In this document: positions 1 through 9,560 of the stretch, piece after piece | Layout: each line of letters begins with the position of its first letter | Numbering within the stretch: position 1 is the stretch's first letter | Origin: Pseudomonadota bacterium | GTDB taxonomy: Bacteria > Bdellovibrionota > Bdellovibrionia > Bdellovibrionales > Bdellovibrionaceae | NCBI GenBank assembly: GCA_041178425.1 | Contig: JBEGVH010000014.1 | Span: 1 to 64,000, forward strand | Length of the DNA: 64,000 bases | Direction of reading: 5' to 3' | The notes under the pieces: generated by a model | The model's database searches: none | Told to the model about the DNA's origin: nothing | The model's input: the letters and a program-made list of their open reading frames with translations, nothing else | Program-made: the position numbers and the translations under genes

Positions 1-1588
1 TATCAGCTTCTTTTATTTTTATCACGAACTCTGTTCCTAGACCTACCTCACTCTCGACCATAATAGAGGCACCATGACCTTCAAATATCTTGTGCGTCAC
101 CGCTAATCCCAATCCAGTGCCCTGACTTTTGGTGGTATAAAAAGGTTCGAAGATTCGACGTCGTGTTTCTTCCTTCATTCCACACCCCGAGTCCCTAAAT
201 TTGAGCACGGCCCAACCTTGGTCTCGTCCAACCTGAATCCGCAGGTGAGGTTTTTCAACCTTCTCCATCGCTTGATAGGCATTAATGATGATATTAAGAA
301 AAGCCTGCTTCAGTTTATCTTTGTACCCAAGAATAAAAATTTCTGACGGATCAACAACATGCTCTTGAATAACATCGGGCCTGAGTTTCTTATTGTAACT
401 GACCAGCTCCAGAACTTCAGTAATGATGGCCGTGAGCGAAATACGATCAGTCGGACGCGGTAAAGGTTTGGCATAATCAAGAAATTCACCAATAAGAATA
501 TTTAGACGATCGGTCTCACGAATAACGATATTAAAGAGCTTTTTATCTTCCTCGTTACCAGCCTGAGCTGAGAGAAGTTGAACACTCCCACTAATGCTTG
601 CCAAAGGATTTCTAATTTCGTGAGCAATACCTGCAGCAAGACTTCCGATAGCTGCGAGCTTCTCTTTATTTTTAAGATCTTCTTCGATTTCACGGATTTG
701 CGTCACATCCTCGATCACATAGATGTCTGCCGCTTCGTCTGAGTTTTCGAAATTAGCACTTGCCTTCTGACACCGAAGAATTAGTTTTTTTTCTTCATTT
801 GATTTCCATAGAAATTCCCGCTGGCCCGTCGCATTCAATGAACTGGCTTCTAGTTCCCGACGAAAACGCACCCATTCCTCGGAGTGACTAAAGACACCCT
901 CCGAAAGGATTTGCCGAACCTTTTCGTTACCCTGAACTAATTCTCCAGAAGAATCGACCGTTAAAACCCCCGACGGAATATAGCTCAGGATAAGCTCATG
1001 GAGGTTTTTCATTTTTCTTAGATCTCGCGACACGACATCGAGTTTTAAACCCAGATTGTCGAGGTAATCGTTCAACTGCCCTGACAAATAAGAGACTAAC
1101 ACCAAGGCACTGTTATTTATAACGAGGGTAAAGATATAGCTTAAAAGTTTTACTTGCGGCGATACAACAACAGCAAAGTTAAAACCAATCAAAGATAAAA
1201 GACTAATGATGTAACTTCCACGCGATTTCAGAGTTAACCCAGCTGATACAATGTTAACCAGATAAAGCATAAAAAACATCGACTGATTCCAGTGAACCTT
1301 AACCATGATAGTCGTAATCAAAACACTGTTCACAGAATAGAGAATCCACCATATCGATTGCTTGTTTTTCCATCGATCAAAAAACAAGATCAGTAACGAG
1401 TAAATCAATTCACTGGTGGCTACTACGGCAAAAAAAGGAACCATGATCTCTGGATTAAAAAACTCTCTTTGAAAAAAACTTGAGGCGATCACAATGCCAA
1501 TGCAAAGGGCCCAAAAGACCGCCAGCAGACCGATGGCCGGACCTGACCAATTGGGCTTATTCATCGTTTCAACGGTCACACCATTCAT
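1..1588 (-). CDS. pilS: PilS-like membrane sensor histidine kinase; 3' end runs off the window
   Basis: Missing from the ORF track because it has no stop in the window; translated by hand. ATG at 1588 overlaps the pilC stop (TGATG). N-terminal TM helices, H-box LAAGIAHEIRNPL, N-box LKQAFLNIIINA, DSGCG, FEPFYTTK, GTGLGL. Lies directly after pilC. Confidence 0.88.
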   Translation of the reverse strand, partial: MNGVTVETMNKPNWSGPAIGLLAVFWALCIGIVIASSFFQREFFNPEIMVPFFAVVATSELIYSLLILFFDRWKNKQSIWWILYSVNSVLITTIMVKVHWNQSMFFMLYLVNIVSAGLTLKSRGSYIISLLSLIGFNFAVVVSPQVKLLSYIFTLVINNSALVLVSYLSGQLNDYLDNLGLKLDVVSRDLRKMKNLHELILSYIPSGVLTVDSSGELVQGNEKVRQILSEGVFSHSEEWVRFRRELEASSLNATGQREFLWKSNEEKKLILRCQKASANFENSDEAADIYVIEDVTQIREIEEDLKNKEKLAAIGSLAAGIAHEIRNPLASISGSVQLLSAQAGNEEDKKLFNIVIRETDRLNILIGEFLDYAKPLPRPTDRISLTAIITEVLELVSYNKKLRPDVIQEHVVDPSEIFILGYKDKLKQAFLNIIINAYQAMEKVEKPHLRIQVGRDQGWAVLKFRDSGCGMKEETRRRIFEPFYTTKSQGTGLGLAVTHKIFEGHGASIMVESEVGLGTEFVIKIKEAD

Positions 1589-2832
1589 CATTGACCTTTC
1601 GAAACGGCATCGGCCATACCAAAGATAGGAAGGTACATAGCAAGCACCAGAACAGCGATGACTCCACCAATAAATACCAATAAAATAGGTTCAATTAATG
1701 TCATCAAACCTTTAATGGCGTTATCTACTTCATCTTCGTAAAAGTCGGCTATCTTGCCCAGCATAGCATCGAGAGAGCCCGTTTGCTCTCCAATTTCAAT
1801 CATCTGCCCCACCATTTTAGGTATAATAGATATTTTATTTATTGGGCCCGAAAACCCCTTACCCACCGCCACACTTTCTCGGGCTTTAAGTAATTGCCTC
1901 TCGATAACAGCATTACCCACTGTTTTGGCTCCGACTTCGATGGCATCAAGCAATGGTACCCCCGAGGCAAGAAGCGTTGACATTGTTCGTGAAAAACGAG
2001 CCACACCTGACTTGGTAAAGACATCTCCGAAGAGAGGCACTTTCATTAGAAGCTCATCCACCGTTCTCTTACCGTCGTCTGTTTCGTAGTAATTTTTTAA
2101 AAGAATAGGCGTCATAAAAGCACCAACAAGGGCCATCCACCAGTACTCACGCAGCCAATTGCTCAATCCAACGACCTGCATTGTCAACCATGGCAATTCA
2201 CTATTCGAGCTCTTATACATTTCCTGAAATTTAGGAATAATAAAAATAAGAATGAGAGAAATAACCAAACCAGCAACAAGTAGAATCATTGCCGGATACA
2301 TCATTGCTGACTTCACCTGATTCTTCATTTTCTCGGTTTTTTCGAGATAAATCGACATACGACCCAAAATCGTATCGAGCGCACCAGAAGCCTCTCCGGC
2401 TCTTACCATATTGCAATAGAAATTATCAAAGGCTCGGTTGTGAACAGCCAGCGCATCTCCCAGCGATTTACCACCCTCAATCTGGTTTTTCGCTTTGATG
2501 AGCATATCTTTTAGCACCGGGGTTGTACTTCCCTGGGTCAAAACGCCAAGCGACTCCACCACGGGAATACCGGCATTAATTAATGTGGCAAACTGCCTCG
2601 TAAAAACTTGTAACTCTTTCGAACTTACTTTCGGGAGAGTCATTCTTTCAAGCAAATTGGGTTCTCTGACCGTTCTTAAAATTTGAGTTTTATCGCCAAC
2701 AAGGGCGATCTTGAGAGGAACCAGTTTTTGGCTTCGAAGCTTTGCTTTGGCATCGTTAACATCAAGGCCTTCAACTTCGCCAATGACTGACTTTCCTTGT
2801 AATGTCTGCGCAGAGTATTTAAAAACGGGCAC
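1588..2832 (-). CDS. pilC: Type IV pilus platform protein PilC (GspF family)
   Basis: FTRQFATLINAGIP, MVRAGEASGALD, SAMMYP, IGEQTGSLDAML, LAMYLPIF. Likely start is GTG at 2832 after GGAGG; the ORF track extends to 2871. Confidence 0.96.
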   Translation of the reverse strand: MPVFKYSAQTLQGKSVIGEVEGLDVNDAKAKLRSQKLVPLKIALVGDKTQILRTVREPNLLERMTLPKVSSKELQVFTRQFATLINAGIPVVESLGVLTQGSTTPVLKDMLIKAKNQIEGGKSLGDALAVHNRAFDNFYCNMVRAGEASGALDTILGRMSIYLEKTEKMKNQVKSAMMYPAMILLVAGLVISLILIFIIPKFQEMYKSSNSELPWLTMQVVGLSNWLREYWWMALVGAFMTPILLKNYYETDDGKRTVDELLMKVPLFGDVFTKSGVARFSRTMSTLLASGVPLLDAIEVGAKTVGNAVIERQLLKARESVAVGKGFSGPINKISIIPKMVGQMIEIGEQTGSLDAMLGKIADFYEDEVDNAIKGLMTLIEPILLVFIGGVIAVLVLAMYLPIFGMADAVSKGQ

Positions 2833-2833
2833 T

Positions 2834-3892
2834 TCAACCTCCGAGCTGTGATAGCAGACGATCCAGATCATCTAAATCTGGCGAAGCAAAAAAGGCCTGC
2901 TTGATATCGATTTTCTTTCGCAGAAAGAGTTGCAACAGCGATTTATTCATCGTTTTCATACCCTGTTTTTCACCATTTGCTTGAACCCGACTCAGAACCT
3001 CTGATGCATTTCCAAGTCTCATGGGTTCTCGTAATAGTTCGTTAAACAAAAGAATCTCTTGGGCCAACACGAGATTTCCTTGCAGGGACGGAACAAGACG
3101 CTGGTTCACAAATAAGCTTAATCCATGCGCTAGTCTTTCAAAAATGAACTCTCTTTTATCCTCAGAAAACAAATGATTAATTCGATTCTGAAGTGCAAGG
3201 AGACTTTCTACCATGAGGGTCATAATAACCATTTTACCTGACTCAACTAATTCTAAGACTTTCGATAGGTTTTCAGCCGAAAAGGGAATATCGAGACCTA
3301 TCACATCCGCCGCTTCAAGACTTCGCCAGACATGCTCAGAAATAGGTGAAAAACCAACTTCAAAACTAGTAATGACGGATTTTTGAGATTGATATATTCG
3401 ATCAACCACAGATTCCACCGTGGCAACGTGAGCAGACTGATTCTGATTTACAATCTCGATCATTTTTCCCATCAGGGTGGACTTTCCACTCCAACTGGGT
3501 CCCGCAACTAAAATGAGCCCCTTACCTTTCAGAACCTGCTCATAAATTACAGGAGGCATTGAGGCCTTGGGATCTTCACTTTTCTCGACAAAAATTGTTT
3601 TTAAACTACCAGAAAAACCAAGCTTGTGTCGATAAATATGAAAGTTTATATTGAAGCCACTGCCGAGGCTCACACTTCCCGTAACGACACCCTCGTTTTC
3701 GAGAGTTTCGCGTTGGCGTTCCGACAAAATTGAATGAAGGGTTTCTCTCACCTCTTCACCCGAGAACTTATTTTTGATGAGTGGCACCCACCCCTCATAG
3801 GTGCGGATTCTTGGTTCAGCAAAAGGTACCAAGAGAATTTCCGACGAAACACCATCCCTTGCCTGTTCAAAAAGCTCTCTGACTTTTTCCAT
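2834..3892 (-). CDS. pilT: PilT/PilU-family retraction ATPase homologue with degenerate motifs
   Basis: Sits between pilB and pilC. Retains GLILVAGPSWSGKST, QRLVP and GMKTM, but the Asp box, Walker B and His box are altered. Confidence 0.8.
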   Translation of the reverse strand: MEKVRELFEQARDGVSSEILLVPFAEPRIRTYEGWVPLIKNKFSGEEVRETLHSILSERQRETLENEGVVTGSVSLGSGFNINFHIYRHKLGFSGSLKTIFVEKSEDPKASMPPVIYEQVLKGKGLILVAGPSWSGKSTLMGKMIEIVNQNQSAHVATVESVVDRIYQSQKSVITSFEVGFSPISEHVWRSLEAADVIGLDIPFSAENLSKVLELVESGKMVIMTLMVESLLALQNRINHLFSEDKREFIFERLAHGLSLFVNQRLVPSLQGNLVLAQEILLFNELLREPMRLGNASEVLSRVQANGEKQGMKTMNKSLLQLFLRKKIDIKQAFFASPDLDDLDRLLSQLGG

Positions 3893-5616
3893 TAGGAATC
3901 CTTTACTGAAGCACTCAACACTTCTTCAATTGTTGTCTGGCCTCGCTTCAACTTCAACAAAGCTGAACGACGCAAGGTACGCATTCCCTCGGCCCTCGCC
4001 ATTCGTCGAAGCTCATTCGATGTCGCTCCATTCATGACCGCCTCTTTAATCTTTTCAGTCATGCCCATGAGCTCATAGATCGCTAGTCGCCCCTTGATTC
4101 CGGTATTATTACAGAACGAACAGCCTTTTCCTTTTGCTAACTGATAATCTCCAATTTCGGCTGGATCCGCACCAAGGTTGATTAGCGTTTGAGGATTGGT
4201 CTCGATGGGCTGCTTGCAACTTTCACAAACTCTCCCTACGAGTCGCTGAGCAACCACTAAATTGACCGTCGAGGTGATAAGATAATTTGGAATACCCATT
4301 TCTGTTAGGCGCACAACGGTGCTAGGAGCATCATTGGTATGGAGCGTGCTCACCACTAAGTGACCGGTAGAGGCAGCCTTGAAGGCAATCTCTGCAGTCT
4401 CAAGGTCACGAATCTCCCCTACCATTACTATATCTGGATCTTGCCGCAGAAAAGCCTTTAGAGCGACAGAAAAGTTAAGGTTGATATCGGGATTCATTTG
4501 AACTTGATTAACACCTTCAAAATTGAATTCGATGGGATCTTCGGCCGTACTGATATTTACATCGGGAGTATTTAGCTCCTGTAAAGCCGAATAAATAGTT
4601 GTTGTTTTTCCGCTTCCGGTAGGACCGGTGATCAGAACGAGACCCTGCGGCAAATGAATGCAGTCACGAAAAAGCTTGAGGTCATCGGGTTCAAAACCCA
4701 AGCGAGTCATATCTAATTGAAGATTTGATTTATCGAGAAGACGTAGAACTACCTTTTCACCCCACATCGTTGGGATGGTACTCACTCGAAAATCGATCTC
4801 CTTGCCCTTTGGCGTTCGAGCCTTAATACGCCCATCTTGTGGCTTTCTTTTCTCGGCAATGTCCATTCTCGACATAATTTTCAGACGACTCACTATGGCT
4901 GCCGTCGAACCCTGCGGGGGATCCATGGCATCTTGCAATGATCCATCCACTCGAAAACGGATCCGAAATCTTCTCTCGTAGGGCTCAAAATGAATATCCG
5001 AGGCCCTTTTCTTCAAGGCCTCGGCCAGAACAAGATTCACAAACTTTACAATCGGAGCATCCTCAGAGGTCCCCGAACTGGGACCATCCATTGTCAAAAA
5101 CTCAAGGCCGGCCCCCGCACCTTCGAGCGCGAATTCCTCTTCTCCCTGATCTGTTTTCTTTGACTGGAGAGTCACCGCACCCAGCTTTTCTCCAAAATAT
5201 TTATTGATTGCGCTTAAAATGGAAACTTCTGGCGCAACGACAACCTGAATCTTACTGCGAGTTAAAAACGACAAATCATCTCGAAGAAAGATGTTACTCG
5301 GATCAGCAAAGGCCACTACCAGAACGTTGCCTTGCTTCATCACTGGAATTATATAGTTTTTTTCACACACATCTCTAGTGACTAGTTTTACAATATTAGG
5401 ATCCATCTCGAATCGGGAGAGATCAACGCTAGGAATCTGATACAGTTTTTCTAAAGCCTTGGCCATCTGCTGTTCGTTTAAAGCACCCTGCTCAACAAGA
5501 ACAACACCAAGACGAACGCCAGTTTTTTTCTGAACTTCAAGGGCTTTTTCGAGTTGCTGTGCCTTGATGACACCCTCTTTAATTAAAAATTCCCCGATTC
5601 TATGACCAGCCATCAT
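3892..5616 (-). CDS. pilB: Type IV pilus assembly ATPase PilB
   Basis: N-terminal MshEN-like RIGEFL/RLGVVL, ASDIHFEP, GPTGSGKTTT, TAEDPIE, LRQDPDIVMVGEIRD, TLHTND, Zn-binding CxxC...CxxC. Confidence 0.97.
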   Translation of the reverse strand: MMAGHRIGEFLIKEGVIKAQQLEKALEVQKKTGVRLGVVLVEQGALNEQQMAKALEKLYQIPSVDLSRFEMDPNIVKLVTRDVCEKNYIIPVMKQGNVLVVAFADPSNIFLRDDLSFLTRSKIQVVVAPEVSILSAINKYFGEKLGAVTLQSKKTDQGEEEFALEGAGAGLEFLTMDGPSSGTSEDAPIVKFVNLVLAEALKKRASDIHFEPYERRFRIRFRVDGSLQDAMDPPQGSTAAIVSRLKIMSRMDIAEKRKPQDGRIKARTPKGKEIDFRVSTIPTMWGEKVVLRLLDKSNLQLDMTRLGFEPDDLKLFRDCIHLPQGLVLITGPTGSGKTTTIYSALQELNTPDVNISTAEDPIEFNFEGVNQVQMNPDINLNFSVALKAFLRQDPDIVMVGEIRDLETAEIAFKAASTGHLVVSTLHTNDAPSTVVRLTEMGIPNYLITSTVNLVVAQRLVGRVCESCKQPIETNPQTLINLGADPAEIGDYQLAKGKGCSFCNNTGIKGRLAIYELMGMTEKIKEAVMNGATSNELRRMARAEGMRTLRRSALLKLKRGQTTIEEVLSASVKDS

Positions 5617-5765
5617 CCCACCTTACTTTTATCCACTCTCTTTAGTCTAATAGACCTTAGGAGCGAAATTAACTGACCCAAGGACTGGTTTTACTCGCCC
5701 TTTGAAGAGCTCAATCCTGTTAGGGAACACGACTTTGGTAGGAGCGTGATTGATAATGATACGCA

Positions 5766-6590
5766 CTAGTAACGTTTTACTACTTGGTGGAAATTTTGGA
5801 ATGATATCTCATCGATAACCAATACTTTTTGTAAAGCCGCCATTTCTTGGTAAAATTGCACTTCGGGCAGATCCACGACTTTAGCCTTGATGGCATTTGC
5901 CTCTTCGAGCAGAGGCGTTTTATCAATTGGGTATCCCGCGTTGATGATGAGACCCCCTCGAAAGAGGTAATTAAAATAAAGAATCGCCGTCTGCAGATCT
6001 AGCTGACTAACAATATCCTCAAAACAAACAATCATCGAATAAATTCCAGATAAGAGAATCATTTTTTCGCGATTAATAAATTCTATTTTTATGTCGAACA
6101 ATGACTGCTTTAACTGCGCTAGAAGCTCCCCATGGGAATCAGGGTCGTTGACGACAAAAGTAATATGCCTAAAACCCCGCTCAATGAGGCCATAGGCACA
6201 GGCAATGGCTTCCGGGTTAATTCCTACGATGAGCCCAGCACCCTTCTCGTTGATAAATGGCTGATAATTAACAACCATCGAATGAATCATATCTTTCATG
6301 GAAACAAAGGGCCAAAGAGCTCCGTTCTTTTTATAAACTAAATCAACATATTGCACTTGATTAATCAGGACATTGCTCGCCGGAAAGAACTCATAAGCTT
6401 CTCTCGCTAAACTTCGATTTGTTCGAACGATATCATATTGGGAAAGAGCTTTAATTTCTGCAGGAAAATGGTCATGCACTTCATGCCGGATCGTGATTCC
6501 ATTGACCTGCTCAAGAAATTTGTACCATTCCTCCCAAGCGATGGGAAAACCCAGGGAACCAATATGGAGAATCCTAAATTCCGTGCTCAC
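5766..6590 (-). CDS. Hypothetical protein with a degenerate shikimate dehydrogenase (AroE)-like layout
   Basis: 274 aa. Rossmann-like segment GLIVGINPEAIACAYGLIERGFRHITFV and C-terminal YPIDKTPLLEEA resemble AroE; catalytic motifs are not recognisable. Confidence 0.5.
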   Translation of the reverse strand: MSTEFRILHIGSLGFPIAWEEWYKFLEQVNGITIRHEVHDHFPAEIKALSQYDIVRTNRSLAREAYEFFPASNVLINQVQYVDLVYKKNGALWPFVSMKDMIHSMVVNYQPFINEKGAGLIVGINPEAIACAYGLIERGFRHITFVVNDPDSHGELLAQLKQSLFDIKIEFINREKMILLSGIYSMIVCFEDIVSQLDLQTAILYFNYLFRGGLIINAGYPIDKTPLLEEANAIKAKVVDLPEVQFYQEMAALQKVLVIDEISFQNFHQVVKRY

Positions 6591-7500
6591 GAACTTCCTT
6601 TATATCTTTTTGGATTTGGGATACCAGTTCATCAACTCCGCCAAACTTATTTTCGGGCCTCAAAAAGCGATGGAATTCAATTTGAATTTCTTCACCATAA
6701 AGATTTTGATTAAAATCCAAGAGATGACTCTCAATCTTTAGCTCTACCTCTTCACCAAAGGTAGGGTGCAACCCCACATTGGTCGCCGCCTTCCATTTTT
6801 TTCCGAACGCAGAAACCACTGTCACGTACACGCCCCTTCGCAAATTTCTTGCTGAAGAGCTCGTGATATTAGCTGTAGGAAAACCTATTTGATGACCACG
6901 ACGAAAACCAGAAACGACTCTTCCATGGACACTGAACGGCCTACCCAAAAGGTCAGAAGCCATTTCAACATTACCTTGTTGCAATAGTTGCCTGATCTGC
7001 GTACTGGAGACTCGTTGACCATGATAGAGATAAGCATCAGGAATGAGAACTTCGATTCCCTTACTGACTCCTAACGCTTTTAAAAAATTTACGTCGCCTT
7101 GTCGATTTTTGCCAAACTGAAAATCAGGCCCAACAACAATTCCACAAACCGGAATATACTTCAAAATTCGAGCAAAAAACGCATCGGCTGTCTCATCTTT
7201 AGTCGCTTGCGAAAAGGGCTCGATGATCCAATGATCAATGCCCATTTGTTCCAATAACATCTCCTGATCGCTAACCGTCCCGAGGGAAATAAATGAATCT
7301 GGTTTTAATAACTGCATGGGATGGGGAGAAAAGCTCAAAACAACAGAACGAGCGACCTTTTTGGTCGCTAAATCTAAATTCTTTTGTAAAAGGTATTGGT
7401 GCCCTCGATGGAGCCCATCAAAATTTCCAATGGAGAGTACAACAGGCCCTTCGTTCAAATAGCTTTCAATTCTCTGAAATATCCGCATAAAAATAAACAT
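6574..7500 (-). CDS. ribF: Bifunctional riboflavin kinase/FAD synthetase
   Basis: IGNFDGLHRGHQ, VSSTQIR, GRPFS, IGFPTAN, NVGLHPTF, IESHLLDF. Start may be ATG 7488. Confidence 0.97.
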   Translation of the reverse strand: MFIFMRIFQRIESYLNEGPVVLSIGNFDGLHRGHQYLLQKNLDLATKKVARSVVLSFSPHPMQLLKPDSFISLGTVSDQEMLLEQMGIDHWIIEPFSQATKDETADAFFARILKYIPVCGIVVGPDFQFGKNRQGDVNFLKALGVSKGIEVLIPDAYLYHGQRVSSTQIRQLLQQGNVEMASDLLGRPFSVHGRVVSGFRRGHQIGFPTANITSSSARNLRRGVYVTVVSAFGKKWKAATNVGLHPTFGEEVELKIESHLLDFNQNLYGEEIQIEFHRFLRPENKFGGVDELVSQIQKDIKEVREHGI

Positions 7501-7561
7501 ACCCGCAAAGGGGAAAAACTCAACTAATTCACTCTTGTATTCCCATTGCAGTTAGTCTATT

Positions 7562-9526
7562 TTGCATCGCGTGATTCGCTTTATCGAAAAAATTCTATCT
7601 TGGATCGAAGATACTTTTAGCTTGTCGGGCTCACAACGTCCCGACGATCCAAAAAACACGTCCGAGCCAAACTCGCCCAACGAGTCTTGGATACTGCCTC
7701 GACAGACTCGACAATACCTGCGCCAACTTTCTATCAAGGTAAAAAGAAAGCGCGGTCTAATTCTTAGAGCCCTCATTTGTTGGAGTATTGGTCTCTTAGC
7801 ACTTCACCTCGACGAAGTCGGCGGATATGATTTTCGGCTCGACCTTCGCGGGGACCAAAGCCCCAGCAACGATATAGTAATCATTGATATTACAGAATCA
7901 GATCTCAATGGGCTATTCCCTTATAAAAACCCTCTTCGTGACCTCAAAGACGACGCCATTCTCTCAAACGAGTCTCGCTATTGGGATATCAACCTTTGGA
8001 GACAAGCCCTTCGAACCATCTTGGATCAGAACCCTACCGCTGTAGGAATCAATTTTTTCTTTGATGAACGAGTGGGACGAGATTTAGCGACAGTTGATTG
8101 GAATCTGTTTACTGACGACAGGGTCGTTTGGATGGGCGCCCTTTCTCAGGATAGCCTTGTTCAACTCCCTCCCTTTGCTGACCAAAAAAAGCAAAACTTT
8201 GGCTTCGGTGAGTTTTTGCGAGATGAAGATGGAATGTTGCGATCGATTCCTACCGCAAATCCCCGTTATCCGACATTTGGTCTCAAACTCGCTGAAAAAA
8301 GCTTGATCAATGCGAAAGATTTTTTTCCCGCAGGTAAAGTAATTATTAACTTCAGAGGTTCAGGAAAATCATTTCGCCACATACCCTTCCAACAAGTTCT
8401 CAGCGGTGAGATCTCGCCTCGGGAATTAACGAGAAAAACCGTAATCATCGGTACGTCCATCGATATTTCTCAAGGATTCATATCACCAGTCGGAACTCTT
8501 TCTCGCTCAGAGGTTGTTGCGCACGTCACTGATAATCTCATTCATAAACGCTGGATCAAGAGAATTCCAAAACCCCTTGCTTTCGCAGAACTTTTTCTCG
8601 TGATGCTCATTTCTGTTTTCCTGATGAACTATTACCCTCAAAAGGTAGCCTTTGTTTTTTTAACCTTCCTTGGTTTGAGTTTAGCGGCATCTTCCATTTG
8701 GTTTTTTGACACTTTTTACTTTTGGACGCCAGCCTTTTCTCCTATTATTCAGATTGGTGGAACATGGACTCTCTTCGTCGGGTATCTTGCTTCAAGGATG
8801 GAACACAAAAATTGGCAGCTTGAACAAGAGAGACGTTCTCTCGTTCAACTTGAACAACTCAAAAACAATTTTGTAAGCCTGATTAGCCATGATCTCAAAA
8901 CACCAATTGCAAAAATTCAGGCGATTGTTGACAGACTTCTTCTGTCTGAGCAGGCAAAAGATTTGACTCAAGACCTAAAAACACTGCGCGGCTCGAGTGA
9001 CGAGCTTCATCGCTATATTCAATCAATTCTAAAAATTCTCCGAGTCGAATCAAAAGATTTCCATCTCAACATTGAAATTGCTGATATCAACGAGCTTGTT
9101 GAAAAAGCTGTTCAACAGTTGAATCCTCTTGCCCTTGAGAAAGGCATAAAAGTGCAGCAAGCCCTCGAGCCACTGTTCTCTGTCGAGGTGGATGCCACAC
9201 TGATCCTTGAGGTCCTAATTAACATCTTGGAAAATGCTATCAAATACACGCCCCCCGAGGGAACTGTTTGGATCGAAACCCATGAGGTCGATCGTGATAT
9301 TATGATAAGGGTTCGCGACAATGGCGAAGGAATTAGACCTGAGGAACTTGAAGACGTTTTCGGAAAATTCGTAAGAGGAAAAAACCAAGATTTAAAAACT
9401 AAAGGATCGGGGCTTGGCCTCTACTTGGTCAAATATTTCATTGAGCTTCATGGGGGCCGTGTCGGCCTGACGAGTGAATTTGGCAATGGAACTACGATTG
9501 ACTTATATTTACCTACAGAAGGGTAA
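7562..9526 (+). CDS. CHASE2-domain sensor histidine kinase
   Basis: CHASE2-like motifs (DIVIIDI, DEDGMLR, INFRG, KTVIIG), three TM helices, H-box ISHDLKTP, NILENAIKYT, DNGEG, GSGLGL. Start uncertain. Confidence 0.88.
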   Translation: MHRVIRFIEKILSWIEDTFSLSGSQRPDDPKNTSEPNSPNESWILPRQTRQYLRQLSIKVKRKRGLILRALICWSIGLLALHLDEVGGYDFRLDLRGDQSPSNDIVIIDITESDLNGLFPYKNPLRDLKDDAILSNESRYWDINLWRQALRTILDQNPTAVGINFFFDERVGRDLATVDWNLFTDDRVVWMGALSQDSLVQLPPFADQKKQNFGFGEFLRDEDGMLRSIPTANPRYPTFGLKLAEKSLINAKDFFPAGKVIINFRGSGKSFRHIPFQQVLSGEISPRELTRKTVIIGTSIDISQGFISPVGTLSRSEVVAHVTDNLIHKRWIKRIPKPLAFAELFLVMLISVFLMNYYPQKVAFVFLTFLGLSLAASSIWFFDTFYFWTPAFSPIIQIGGTWTLFVGYLASRMEHKNWQLEQERRSLVQLEQLKNNFVSLISHDLKTPIAKIQAIVDRLLLSEQAKDLTQDLKTLRGSSDELHRYIQSILKILRVESKDFHLNIEIADINELVEKAVQQLNPLALEKGIKVQQALEPLFSVEVDATLILEVLINILENAIKYTPPEGTVWIETHEVDRDIMIRVRDNGEGIRPEELEDVFGKFVRGKNQDLKTKGSGLGLYLVKYFIELHGGRVGLTSEFGNGTTIDLYLPTEG

Positions 9527-9560
9527 TTGATTCATCTTTGAATAAAAAGAAGGGATTTTT

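Noticed and set aside
310..693. Short minus-strand ORFs 310-492 and 502-693
   Set aside because: Out-of-frame shadows inside the PilS-like kinase reading frame.
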